Positions 54,875-64,000 of a DNA stretch of 64,000 nt are shown one piece after another. The position numbers and the translations under genes were made by a program. Below the pieces are notes generated by a model that was not told the DNA's origin, ran no database searches, and saw only the letters and a list, made by a program, of their open reading frames with translations. The stretch lies in contig CAVJWC010000004.1 of the NCBI GenBank assembly GCA_963653425.1, positions 21,244-85,243 of the forward strand, read 5' to 3'. The stretch's first letter is position 1; each line of letters starts with the position of its first letter. The stretch is from Eubacterium sp. GTDB taxonomy: Bacteria; Bacillota; Clostridia; Christensenellales; CAG-314.

Positions 54875-56295
54875 AAGGTTTGATCGCTTCGCTTCTTTTA
54901 GACGCAAACGCAACGATTTTTCCCTTTATTGCGGTTGGTATAGTTATTTTATTCATAATAATATGGATGATCACAAGAATACGCAGATGTCCGCCCGATA
55001 AAATTCTCGTTATCTACGGTAAAGTTAAAAACAACAAAGACGGCTCGGGTAAATCCGCTAAGTGTATTCACGGCGGAATGGCTTTCGTCTGGCCCGTTTT
55101 TCAGGCGTATAAGTATATGGACCTTACGCCTATGTCCATAAGCGTGGACCTCAGAAACGCTCTTTCCAAACAGAACATTCGTATAGACGTTCCCAGTACC
55201 TTCACGGTAGGTATTTCCACCGAAACGGCAACCATGACCAACGCTGCCGAAAGACTTGGAGAACTTCGCCCCAACGAAATTCAGGAACTCGCAAAGGATA
55301 TTATCTTCGGTCAGCTTCGTCTTATCATAGCGACCATGGAAATCGAAGAAATCAACACCGACAGAGACAAGTTCCTCGATCAGATTCAGAAGAACGTCGA
55401 AACCGAACTCAAAAAGATCGGTCTTAAACTTATCAACGTTAACGTTACCGATATTAACGACGCGTCGGGATATATCGAAGCTCTCGGAAGAGAAGCCGCT
55501 GCAAAGGCTCTCAACGACGCTAAGAAGTCCGTTGCCGAAAAGAACAGAGACGGTAGCATAGGCGAAGCCAACGCTCTTATGGAACAGAGAGTAAGAGTCG
55601 CCGATTCCAACCAGCAGGCTATTGCCGGCGAAAACGAAGCTATGGCGAAGATGTCCCAGAGTAACGCCGAACGTCGCGAAGTCGAAGCCGAATCATTAAG
55701 ACGCGCAACCACAGCCGAGAAAATCGCCGCCGCAAAAGCTCTCGAAGACGCTTACGAAGCCGAAAAGAACGCCGAACTTGCCCGCGCTCAGAGGGAAAAA
55801 GCAACTCTCGAAGCCGATACGATAGTTAAAGCCGAAATCGCAAAACGCGAACTTGAAATTCAGGCTGAAGCTCAGGCAGAGAAGATGAGAAAGATTGCGC
55901 AAGGCGAAGCCGACGCGATTTACGCAAAACTCGCCGCCGAAGCAAGAGGCGCGCAGGAAATGCTTATGAAGCAGGCAGACGGTTATAAAGCCATAGTCGA
56001 CGCCGCCGGCGGAGACGCAAACGAAGCCGTTAAGCTTATGATTTCCGATAAGCTCGAAGAACTCGTCAAGACTCAGGTCGAAGCTATAAAGAACGTCAAG
56101 ATAGATAAGGTAACCGTCTGGGATTCCATGAGCGGAAAGGACGGTTCGAGTACGACCAGTAACTTCGTAAGCTCGCTCTTTAAGGCTGTTCCGCCCCTTA
56201 ACGAAATGTTCGATCAGGCGGGCATGAACCTTCCCGACTATCTCGGTAAAAAGAAAGAACCTTCCGAAGAAACCGACGGTAAAAAAGAAGACTAA
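54871..56295 (+). CDS. Flotillin-family SPFH-domain protein (FloT-like)
   Basis: An N-terminal TM helix, an SPFH core, and a long A/E/K-rich coiled-coil (EAEKNAELARAQREKATLEAD...). TTG start with an AAGGAGG RBS. It overlaps the NfeD stop. Confidence 0.85.
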   Translation: MKGLIASLLLDANATIFPFIAVGIVILFIIIWMITRIRRCPPDKILVIYGKVKNNKDGSGKSAKCIHGGMAFVWPVFQAYKYMDLTPMSISVDLRNALSKQNIRIDVPSTFTVGISTETATMTNAAERLGELRPNEIQELAKDIIFGQLRLIIATMEIEEINTDRDKFLDQIQKNVETELKKIGLKLINVNVTDINDASGYIEALGREAAAKALNDAKKSVAEKNRDGSIGEANALMEQRVRVADSNQQAIAGENEAMAKMSQSNAERREVEAESLRRATTAEKIAAAKALEDAYEAEKNAELARAQREKATLEADTIVKAEIAKRELEIQAEAQAEKMRKIAQGEADAIYAKLAAEARGAQEMLMKQADGYKAIVDAAGGDANEAVKLMISDKLEELVKTQVEAIKNVKIDKVTVWDSMSGKDGSSTTSNFVSSLFKAVPPLNEMFDQAGMNLPDYLGKKKEPSEETDGKKED

Positions 56296-56457
56296 AAGCC
56301 TCTTATAAACCGAGAAACCCAAACGGGTATCGCCCTTATGCGTAAGAGAATACGCGTAAATCCGATTAAATTCGTTTTAATTAAGCCCGTTTAATCGGTC
56401 GGTTTAATTAAAGAGGTTTAATCGGCTTAAAAAACTATTGCTCTATAAAACAGAAAA

Positions 56458-56487
56458 ACTCTCCATAGCCGCGCGGGGAGTTTTTTT
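56458..56487 (+). terminator. Intrinsic terminator after the flotillin gene
   Basis: actctcc...ggggagt stem followed by TTTTTTT. Confidence 0.75.
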
Positions 56488-56689
56488 GTAAAAAAGCGGC
56501 GACCGTCAAGCTTTCGCCCACAGCCGCCGTTTACGAGAAGGGAGTAATTAATGAAGAACACAGCTTTTGCTTCTGTAATTCTTATGCCCCGATTATAACG
56601 TTCAAATGTTAATATTTTATGAAGTAAGTATGAATATTCGGAAAAATCCGAAATTATCCGAGGTTTTTACTTCCATCTACTAAAGTGAT

Positions 56690-57007
56690 TTACAGAAGCT
56701 TGTTGATAACGTCCGTAATTTCCGACTTGTCTACAGCGCCTACGATTTTTTCCGCAACTTCGCCGTTCTTGAAGAAGAGGAAGGTAGGAATGTTTCTGAT
56801 ACCGTAATTCATTGCGATTTCTTTGGATTCGTCAACGTTAACCTTTCCGACAACGACCTTATCTGCCATTTCTTCCGCGATTTCGTCGATAACGGGAGCC
56901 ATCATCGAGCAGGGACCGCACCATACCGCGTAAAAATCTACCAGCACGGGCTTTTGGGATTTAAGAACTTCTTCCGTGAAGTTTTCGCTTGTGAATATTT
57001 TAGACAT
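56690..57007 (-). CDS. trxA: Thioredoxin
   Basis: 105 aa, VLVDFYAVWCGPCSMMAPV active site, AAGGAGGA RBS. Confidence 0.9.
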   Translation of the reverse strand: MSKIFTSENFTEEVLKSQKPVLVDFYAVWCGPCSMMAPVIDEIAEEMADKVVVGKVNVDESKEIAMNYGIRNIPTFLFFKNGEVAEKIVGAVDKSEITDVINKLL

Positions 57008-57289
57008 AATATCCTCCTTATTGATTGGTTTCGGGCTTGGTTTTCTAATCGAAAGTTACGGAAAACGCCCGTTTTCGTTCGCCATAAGTTATCTGCACGT
57101 CAGCCGGGACAAAGCTACGGCTTTTTACGGATAAATTATACCACAGAATATATCCTCCTGCAAATATTTTTATAACGTAAAACGGTTATTTTTTTCGGTT
57201 GACACCGACAACATTTAGTGTTAAACTTTTTACGGGCATTCCGTCGAAGCACCCGCTACAAAAAACAATCCGATTAAGGTAAACTGCCG

Positions 57290-58072
57290 ATGAAAAAAGA
57301 AAGAACGAAGATAGTAATAACGGGCGTACTGCTGTTTGTCGCGGTGGCGGCGGGGTATTACTGCGCGAAAAAGCTTATTACGGACGAAAAACTTTCGGAT
57401 TACCTTTCGGACGTAATTATCCGCGTTGCGTGTTCGGCAGTTCTCGTTTACCTCATAAAAAGAACGGGTTACGACGCTTTGAGTTTCAAAGGAATAACAC
57501 TTTCTTCGCTTATAGTGATTCTGCCCGTTTTTCTCGTTTCGGTCAACAACTTCCCCTTCGTCTCTTTTATAAGGGGCGAAACCGGGATAATCCGCGGTGA
57601 ACTTATCCTTCCTTTCGCGCTTAACTGCGTAGCGACGGCGATTTTCGAAGAACTTATCTTCCGCGGTCTGTTTTTCCCGTGGTGCCTGTCGGTAACGGGC
57701 AACGCTACGAAAAAGCAGGTCTTTAAGGCTGTGCTTATATCGTCGGCGGTTTTCGGACTCATGCACCTTTTCAATATTTTCTCGTCTCCCGTCTCAGCCG
57801 TACTTATGCAGGTAGGCTACACTTTCCTTCTGGGCGGGGCAATGTGTTTCGTTATGCTGAAAACGGGGTGCGTGTGGATATGCGCGTTTATGCACGCCGT
57901 CTATAACTTCGGAGGCTTACTCTATAAAGAACTCGGCAACGGTTTCATTTGGAGCGGAGGACAGGTAGCTTTAACGGCGACAGTCGCGGTTTTATGCGCA
58001 ACCGAAATTCTTCTCGTTCTGTTTTTGGGTAAGTCACCGTGCGCAGACTTTACCGAACAAGATAAACGGTAA
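57290..58072 (+). CDS. CPBP-family intramembrane glutamic endopeptidase (CAAX protease-like)
   Basis: Motifs FEELIFRGLFF, FGLMHLFN and HAVYNF in a polytopic protein. Confidence 0.8.
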   Translation: MKKERTKIVITGVLLFVAVAAGYYCAKKLITDEKLSDYLSDVIIRVACSAVLVYLIKRTGYDALSFKGITLSSLIVILPVFLVSVNNFPFVSFIRGETGIIRGELILPFALNCVATAIFEELIFRGLFFPWCLSVTGNATKKQVFKAVLISSAVFGLMHLFNIFSSPVSAVLMQVGYTFLLGGAMCFVMLKTGCVWICAFMHAVYNFGGLLYKELGNGFIWSGGQVALTATVAVLCATEILLVLFLGKSPCADFTEQDKR

Positions 58073-58292
58073 ACAGGTATAGACTTTACGGGAAAAATAT
58101 AAATAACAAAGCAAGCCGAGGCTACGGAAAGAGATAAAAAACAAAGCAAGCCGAAGCTATAAAAAAGAGATAAAATCAACGCAAATGCGGATTTCCCGGG
58201 TAATAAACTAAAAAAACAAACGCAAGTATTACGTTCTTTATAACCGATTACCGCAGTAACCGCTTTTAATTCACCGAAAAACAAACGCAATA

Positions 58293-58322
58293 AAAAAGGA
58301 TAAGCCTAAGACTTATCCTTTA
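58293..58322 (-). terminator. Terminator of the SRP RNA gene
   Basis: On the minus strand: aaggataagtcttaggcttatcctt followed by a T-run. Confidence 0.7.
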
Positions 58323-58334
58323 TTCATCTTATTT

Positions 58335-58601
58335 GCTGTGCATCCTCAGTCGACGTAATTCACCGAAGCGGTATCCGATCAGGTGACTCCTCTTCAGCAC
58401 CCCCGTGGCACACCGTAATATCCGCTTAATGCTGCTGCATCCCTGCCCTGACATGGTTCACGGGTTACAGTTGCACGGGACCAAAAAATCAACGTTCCTT
58501 AATCGTTCCAAACCTTCCATAAAATGCGCCTCGTGAGGCCTTCGGCCCTGCTGTAGCGGATTGCAGGTAAAGGGCACCGCTAGCTCCCCACTTAGCACAG
58601 C
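58335..58601 (-). ncRNA. ffs: Signal recognition particle RNA, long (Bacillus/Alu-domain) type
   Basis: The minus-strand sequence ...gtggggagctagcggtgccctttacctgcaatccgctacagcagggccgaa... and ...tgaaccatgtcagggcagggatgcagcagcattaagcgga... closely parallel B. subtilis scRNA as I recall it. The 5' ctgtgc pairs with the 3' gcacag. The upstream minus-strand promoter is TTGTCA (58636-58631), 17-bp spacer, TATAAT (58613-58608). The ends are approximate. Confidence 0.85.
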
Positions 58602-58767
58602 GTATGTATTATAACCGATTTTCCCGTTTTTGACAAGGGTTTTAAGATATTTTTTTCCTCTGCCATAATTTTTTTATTCGTCGGCTTTTTTACTTTTCAC
58701 TCTTTAACAACCTTCTTCGTCTTTTTCATATAATACATTGCGGACACGAACCGCAACGGAGGTTTCG

Positions 58768-59793
58768 ATGAAAAAGAAGACGAAAACACAAAGTTATTTA
58801 AGGAAAATTCTGCTTATTTTAACGCTTGCTCTTGCGGTAACGGCGCTTGCTTCCTGTTTTTCGGGTTGTAATCCCGACGAAAACGGCAAAGACAGGATAG
58901 TTCTTAACGAAGTTACCCACTCGATTTTTTACGCTCCCCAATATCTTGCCATGGCTCTCGATTATTTCGGCGAAGAAAACATCGAAGTTCGGCTTGTAAA
59001 CGGAGGCGGAGCAGATAAGAGTATGATTGCGCTTTTAACGGGCGAAGCCGATATAGGACTTATGGGTCCCGAAGCCGCAATTTATACCGTTCTCGAAGGA
59101 AAGAAAGACCATCCCGTAGTTTTCGGACAGCTAACGAAGCGCGACGGAAGTTTTCTCGTCGGAAGAAAGCCCGAAGAGAATTTCGACTGGTCAGCTCTCG
59201 AAGGCAAGCGCATAATAATGGGCAGGCAGGGCGGAGTTCCCGCGATGACGCTTCAATATATCCTTAACAACCACGGCTATTTCGACGGCGTGAATATAAC
59301 CATGGATTATTCCGTGGAATTCAACATGCTTGCGCCTGCTTTTATTGCGGGAACGGGCGACTACGTTCCTCTTTTCGAACCCACGGCAAGCGCTCTCGTA
59401 AAGTCGGGACAGGGGCATATCGTTGCTTCTGTAGGCAAAGAAAGCGGAGAAGTCCCCTACACTGCCTATATGGCGATAAAAAGCAAAATCGCCCGTAATC
59501 CCGACCTCTTCCGTCGCTTCTTAAGAGCCGTAAAGAAAGCCGCCGACTACCTTTTCACCGCCCCGCCCGAATGTTGCGCCGAGCTTCTTCTCCCCTATTT
59601 CGGCGGTTCCGACAAAGAAGATATTCTCCTCGCTCTGACAGCCTACAAAGCAAACGATACCTGGATGACGTCACCCGTAATGACGAAAGAAAGCTTCGAA
59701 AGATTGCAGGATATTATGGAAAACGCAGGTAAACTCGAAAAACGCGCCGACTTCTCCGTAGTCGTCGACAACTCTATAGCCAAAACCCTGTAA
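58768..59793 (+). CDS. NMT1/THI5-like (NitT/TauT-type) ABC substrate-binding lipoprotein, orphan
   Basis: Lipobox LTLALAVTALASC. NEVTHSIFYAPQYLAMALDYFGEENIEVRLVNGGGADKSMIALLTGEADIGLMGPEAAI. ATG 58768 with a GGAGG RBS. No permease or ATPase gene is adjacent. Confidence 0.7.
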   Translation: MKKKTKTQSYLRKILLILTLALAVTALASCFSGCNPDENGKDRIVLNEVTHSIFYAPQYLAMALDYFGEENIEVRLVNGGGADKSMIALLTGEADIGLMGPEAAIYTVLEGKKDHPVVFGQLTKRDGSFLVGRKPEENFDWSALEGKRIIMGRQGGVPAMTLQYILNNHGYFDGVNITMDYSVEFNMLAPAFIAGTGDYVPLFEPTASALVKSGQGHIVASVGKESGEVPYTAYMAIKSKIARNPDLFRRFLRAVKKAADYLFTAPPECCAELLLPYFGGSDKEDILLALTAYKANDTWMTSPVMTKESFERLQDIMENAGKLEKRADFSVVVDNSIAKTL

Positions 59794-59800
59794 GCTTTTT

Positions 59801-59834
59801 GCCCCTTCTTTCTTCGTACGAAGAAAGTAGGGGC
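59801..59834 (+). terminator. Long perfect-stem hairpin after the binding-protein gene
   Basis: gccccttctttcttcg-ta-cgaagaaagtaggggc. A second hairpin cttctttcttc-tgc-gaagaaagaag follows at 59843-59867. Confidence 0.55.
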
Positions 59835-59839
59835 GTGTT

Positions 59840-60545
59840 TTCCCTTCTTTCTTCTGCGAAGAAAGAAGCAAAGACGCACCTACTTTTTTGTAAAAAAGCA
59901 GGCAAAAAACTTTCACCGAGCTTCGCATACCTTTTAGAATAATGCGAATTTTACAAGAAAGAAAGTAGGCAAAAAACTTTCACCGTGGGGGCAATCAGAA
60001 ACAATACGCATTCCGCTCTTGAAAGAGTAATGCGAACATTATAAAAAGTAAACGAAAAACTTTCATTGAGCTTCGCGGAGCCGTCAAAGCAATGCGAATT
60101 TTACGAAAAAAAGAAAACAGACAAAAAACTTTCACCGTTTGGCGCAAAGAAAGACAAAACTGAATCCGCATATAAAAAGAAAGTCTGTAATTACAAAACT
60201 ATTTGTAGTTACAGACTTTTTGTTAGTTACTTATATTAAAGTTCTTCGTTGAGCTTTTCCTTTCAATCTTCTTTCTTTCGAAAAGAAAGAAAGCAATGAA
60301 ATTTTCATTGTTCCCATAATGAAGTTCTTTGTTGAGCTTTCCCAACCAGAAAGTTGCAAGTTCTTTGGTTCTTTCTTTCAGGAAAGAACGTAAAATATTC
60401 GGCTACCGAATCGTATAGTCTTGCGAAGCTATAATGGGTCCGGCGTCACGCCGGTCTGTGGTTCTTTCTTTCAGGAAAGAACACTAACGAACAGACGCGA
60501 AGCTCGGTGAAAGTTTCTTTGCGTACTTTCTTTTCTAAAGAAAGT
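59840..60545. repeat. Palindrome- and repeat-dense non-coding region (CTTTCTT...AAGAAAG-type hairpins; ~60-bp 'aaaaactttcaccg' units)
   Basis: At least six hairpins have tctttc/gaaaga arms, including the exact duplicate ggttctttctttcaggaaagaac at 60368 and 60460. There are four direct copies of aaaaactttca(c/t)(c/t)g... and one inverted copy at 60498-60522. Confidence 0.6.
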
Positions 60546-60635
60546 AAGAAATATCTTGAAAAAAAGAGAAATGTATGTTATACTGAAAGGGATTATATAT
60601 TTTATACGGGTTTTTATGCTCGTTTGGAGAATAAA

Positions 60636-62138
60636 ATGAAACAACTTCTTGAAAAATATGACCTTTATCGCAAAGAGATGTTATCTTCTCAATTTATCAA
60701 TTTCCTTATCGGTTGGGACAACGAGACCGAGGCTCCCGAGAAGACTATCGAGTCGAGGGAGTTTATCGAAGGAATTTTCGCGCGCAAGCACTTCGATTAC
60801 GTAACGTCGCCCGAGACGATTGCGCTTATAGACGAACTTTACGAAAGAAGGGACGAAATCGAAGACGAAGTTTTGCGTTACGAGATAAAACAGCAGAAGA
60901 AAGCGGTAGATCAGACGAGAAAGCTTCCGTCTGAGTTTTACGTAGAGCTTGTTACGCTTGTAACCAAGAGTCAGTCGGCTTGGGGAAGAGCCAAGAGAAG
61001 CAACGATTTCGAGTCTTTTAAGCCTTTCCTTGCGAAGATGGTGGAAATGAAGAAGAAAGAAGCCGAATATCTTGCTACGGATAAGCTTAAAGGTTATAAC
61101 GTTCTTCTCGATCAGTATGCGGAAGGAATGACTATGAGCGAGTACGACGTATTTTTCGGGAAGCTTGAAAAAGACCTCGTTCCTTTCATAAGAAAAGTGA
61201 CTTCGGTTAAGAGAACGGAAGATTTTTCCTTTGCGAAAAAGAGTTTCCCCGTTAGCGGACAGAAGGAATTTTCGGACTACGTAATGGACGTTATGTGTTT
61301 TGACAAAAAGCGCGGAGGAATAAAAGAGAGCGAACATCCTTTCACGTCGGGATTCGGAAGAAACGACGTAAGAGTTACCAACCATTATTACGAGAACAAG
61401 TTCGATTCCGCGGTATTTTCGGCTATTCACGAACTGGGACACGGAACTTACGAACAGCAGAGCGGAGAAAACCTCGTAGGAACGTTGTGCGAAGGTTGCG
61501 TATCGCTTGCTCTTCACGAATCTCAGTCGAGATTTTACGAAAACATAATAGGCAGAAGCCGTGAATTCTGGCAGGCTCATTTCGGAAAGCTCAAAGAGAT
61601 TTTCCCCGAACAGCTTAAAGACGTGGACGAAGATAAGATGTACAGATTCGTCAATATCGCCGAATGCAGTTACGTAAGAACGGAAGCCGACGAACTTACC
61701 TATCCGCTTCATATTATGCTGAGATATCGGCTTGAAAAGGAACTCTTCGAAGGTAACCTTACCGTGGACGAACTTCCTTCAAGGTGGAACGAACTCTTCA
61801 AAGAATATTTCGGACTCGAAGTCAGGAGCGACGCGGAAGGCGTTTTGCAGGACATTCACTGGGCGCAGGGCTGTTTCGGATACTTCCCGACCTACGCTTT
61901 GGGTTCGGCGTACGCTTCGCAGATATTCGACGCAATGAACGAAGATTTCGACGTTTTGGGTTCGCTTAAAGAGGGAACGACGGCTGAAATCAACGCATGG
62001 CTGGAAAGAAAGCTTCACAGATTCGGCGCAAGCAAACCTCCCAAGGAACTTTTCAGAAACGCAGCGGGCGCGGATTTCGACGCGGACCATTACGTTAACT
62101 ACCTTACAGGCAAGTACGGAAAGCTTTATAACGTATAG
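60636..62138 (+). CDS. M32-family metallocarboxypeptidase (Taq-type)
   Basis: HELGHGTYEQ zinc site, HPFTSGF, VRTEADELTYPLHIMLRYRLE, and DIHWAQGCFGYFPTYALG. The start is ATG 60636 (GGAGA RBS; promoter TTGAAA-17-TATACT upstream) rather than 60507. Confidence 0.85.
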   Translation: MKQLLEKYDLYRKEMLSSQFINFLIGWDNETEAPEKTIESREFIEGIFARKHFDYVTSPETIALIDELYERRDEIEDEVLRYEIKQQKKAVDQTRKLPSEFYVELVTLVTKSQSAWGRAKRSNDFESFKPFLAKMVEMKKKEAEYLATDKLKGYNVLLDQYAEGMTMSEYDVFFGKLEKDLVPFIRKVTSVKRTEDFSFAKKSFPVSGQKEFSDYVMDVMCFDKKRGGIKESEHPFTSGFGRNDVRVTNHYYENKFDSAVFSAIHELGHGTYEQQSGENLVGTLCEGCVSLALHESQSRFYENIIGRSREFWQAHFGKLKEIFPEQLKDVDEDKMYRFVNIAECSYVRTEADELTYPLHIMLRYRLEKELFEGNLTVDELPSRWNELFKEYFGLEVRSDAEGVLQDIHWAQGCFGYFPTYALGSAYASQIFDAMNEDFDVLGSLKEGTTAEINAWLERKLHRFGASKPPKELFRNAAGADFDADHYVNYLTGKYGKLYNV

Positions 62139-62215
62139 TGCGTTATAAAGGCGGGTATTACGCATAAAATAGGTATTATACGGAAGGCGCGAGGCTGAAA
62201 ATCGGAGGACGGACT

Positions 62216-64000
62216 GTGAGAAAAGACGGCGGAAAAGACTTAAAAGAAATGAGCATAACGGAGCTTAACGGATTATCCGCAAAGCTCAGAGAAGATATTA
62301 TTTCCATCGTGGATAAAAAGGGCGGACATCTTTCGTCCAATTTAGGCGCGGTGGAACTTACGGTTGCCCTTCACAGGTGCCTTTCGCTTCCCGAAGACAA
62401 ATTGCTTTTCGACGTGGGACATCAGTGTTACGCGCATAAGCTTCTTTCGGAAAGATCGGAAGAAATGAGCAGGTTCCGCGAAAGAGACGGAGCGAGCGGA
62501 TTTTGCGATCCCGTGGAAAGCGAGTTCGACGCCTACGGAAGCGGTCATGCGGGAAGTACCGTTGCCGCGGCTTACGGAATGTGTCTTGCGCGCGACGAAA
62601 GAGGAAGCGACGAGAAGATCGTCTGCGTGGTGGGCGACGGAGCTTTGGCTTCGGGCGAATCGCTCGAAGCTGTCAACGCGCTTTCGGGGTACGAAGGTCA
62701 GCTTCTTATCGTCATAAACGACAACGGAATGGCTATTTCGGCGGGAAAAGGCGGACTTTACAGACATTTTTCCGCGCTTACCATAAAACGCGGATACGGA
62801 AAAACCAAACTGCGCTGGAAAAGAATTCTCAGTAAAAACGCCTTGGGCAGAGGCATTATGAAATGCCTGTCGGGCGTAAAGCATTTTATCAAGCGAGTAA
62901 CGGGCGGAGACAATTTCTTTGAAGAGATGGGCGTGAAGTATATAGGACCGCTTAACGGTCACGACTTCAAACCTCTTTTAAGGGTTTTCGGCAACGCTCT
63001 TTCGTATAAAAGACCTCTCGTAGTTCACGTAAAAACGGTAAAAGGCAAAGGTTCTCCCCTTGCCGAAAACGATCCCGAGTTTTACCACGGCGTGTGCGCG
63101 GGCTTGGATAAGTCCGTCAACACTTTTTCCGAAGCTCTCGGAGAAACTCTCGGCGAACTTAACGGAAAATTCGGTAATATCACCGCCGTAACCGCCGCCA
63201 TGGAAGAAGGAACGGGACTTAAAGCTTTCCGTGAACGCGGAGGAAAGGTAGTAGACGTAGGAATATGCGAACAGACAGCCGTTTCGCTTGCCGCGGGAAT
63301 GGCTATAAGCGGAAGCAGGCCCGCCGTGTGCGTTTACTCTACGTTTTTGCAGAGAGCCTTCGATCAGATTCAGCAGGAAGTCTGTCTTTACGGATTGCCC
63401 GTGGCGTTCTTTATAGACAGAGCGGGATTCGTGGGCGCGGACGGAAAGACTCATCAGGGACTTTTCGATATAGCTTATATGCGTCTTCTCGGAATGACGA
63501 TTCTTGCGCCGTCTTCCGTAAAAGAACTTAAACTTGCCGCAGAATACGCCTTTTCGCACGATATTCCCGTGGCTGTGAGATATTGTAACGGAGACCTTTC
63601 GGTATGGGAGGGCGCGGAAGCCGTAGACAACGCTCCGTCTCACCCCATAGACCGCTGGCAACTTCTTAAAGAGGGCAAGGACGGAGTTTTCCTTGCGGTA
63701 GGTCCGAGATGCGTGAGCGTGGCTTTAAGAGCGGCGGAAATTTCGGGCAAAAGCGTAGCCGTCTACAACTGCACGTCGGTTAATCCCGTGGACGAAGGAG
63801 TTCTTTCGTTTATAGGTTCGAAAGCCATAGTTACGGTGGAAGAAGGTACGGTTTACGGCGGATTCGGTTCGGCGGTCGCAGAGTTTTACGCAAAGAACAA
63901 TTCTCTTGCCGACATAAGGAAAACGGCTTCACCCGTCTGGGGAGGCAGAAGACTCGTAATGCTCGGAGCGGAAAATCTTTCAGTGGGTCACGATTCGGTG
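62216..64000 (+). CDS. dxs: 1-deoxy-D-xylulose-5-phosphate synthase, N-terminal ~595 aa (runs off the window)
   Basis: It is not in the ORF track because no stop lies inside the window. GTG 62216 follows GGAGGA. The hand translation reads ...GGHLSSNLGAVELTVALHRCL...DKLLFDVGHQCYAHKLL...GSGHAGSTVAAAYGM...VCVVGDGALASGE...DVGICEQTAVSLAAGM.... Confidence 0.9.
   Translation, partial: MRKDGGKDLKEMSITELNGLSAKLREDIISIVDKKGGHLSSNLGAVELTVALHRCLSLPEDKLLFDVGHQCYAHKLLSERSEEMSRFRERDGASGFCDPVESEFDAYGSGHAGSTVAAAYGMCLARDERGSDEKIVCVVGDGALASGESLEAVNALSGYEGQLLIVINDNGMAISAGKGGLYRHFSALTIKRGYGKTKLRWKRILSKNALGRGIMKCLSGVKHFIKRVTGGDNFFEEMGVKYIGPLNGHDFKPLLRVFGNALSYKRPLVVHVKTVKGKGSPLAENDPEFYHGVCAGLDKSVNTFSEALGETLGELNGKFGNITAVTAAMEEGTGLKAFRERGGKVVDVGICEQTAVSLAAGMAISGSRPAVCVYSTFLQRAFDQIQQEVCLYGLPVAFFIDRAGFVGADGKTHQGLFDIAYMRLLGMTILAPSSVKELKLAAEYAFSHDIPVAVRYCNGDLSVWEGAEAVDNAPSHPIDRWQLLKEGKDGVFLAVGPRCVSVALRAAEISGKSVAVYNCTSVNPVDEGVLSFIGSKAIVTVEEGTVYGGFGSAVAEFYAKNNSLADIRKTASPVWGGRRLVMLGAENLSVGHDSV

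Noticed and set aside
58621-58767. TPP riboswitch upstream of the NMT1/THI5-like binding protein
   Set aside because: The region has no CTGAGA or ACCTGATCTGGATAATGCCAGCG-type elements. The spacer instead carries the divergent SRP RNA promoter and an AT-rich promoter region.
62342-63661. Minus-strand ORFs 62342..62962 and 62978..63661
   Set aside because: They lie opposite an open + frame that translates into an unmistakable DXS sequence (GDGALASGE, DVGICEQTAVSLAAGM). The + ORF is missing from the track only because it lacks a stop in the window.

Overview
This 64-kb window appears to come from an anaerobic Firmicute of the class Clostridia. The gene content looks Ruminococcaceae- or Oscillospiraceae-like: a long Bacillus-type SRP RNA, Rex, and three [FeFe]-hydrogenase-family genes. 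Most genes are on the + strand. In order, the window contains: the groEL 3' end; a ~2,090-aa lipoprotein that fuses a subtilisin-like S8 protease to a long BspA-type leucine-rich-repeat region; bioY; a LysR regulator; and a module of rex, a kinase-like gene, two [2Fe-2S] protein genes, hydS (PAS-containing sensory hydrogenase), a PP2C phosphatase and hydA. Next comes a second, mosaic paralogue of the giant protease, which is part of a ~7-kb direct segmental duplication. The most unusual locus follows: a TM1266-family regulator, a chelate-type ABC permease, an ABC ATPase carrying a fused TM1266-like C-terminal domain, hydE, a NifH-like ATPase, two NifD/K(E/N)-like proteins, a binding lipoprotein and hydF, mostly translationally coupled. 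After that come a MATE exporter, tRNA-Arg(CCT), glycolipid-type genes on the minus strand, TetR, trkAH, GTP-PEPCK, rpmG-secE-nusG-rplKAJL, an ECF-type sigma cassette, NfeD/flotillin, trxA, a CPBP protease, SRP RNA, an orphan binding protein, an M32 carboxypeptidase and the 5' part of dxs. The intergenic regions are unusually rich in repeats. These include a ~222-bp MITE-like element family that always sits just after intrinsic terminators, once as a perfect 3x head-to-tail array. No database searches were run. All family calls rest on motif recognition by eye, and the coordinates of hairpins and promoters are hand-counted.
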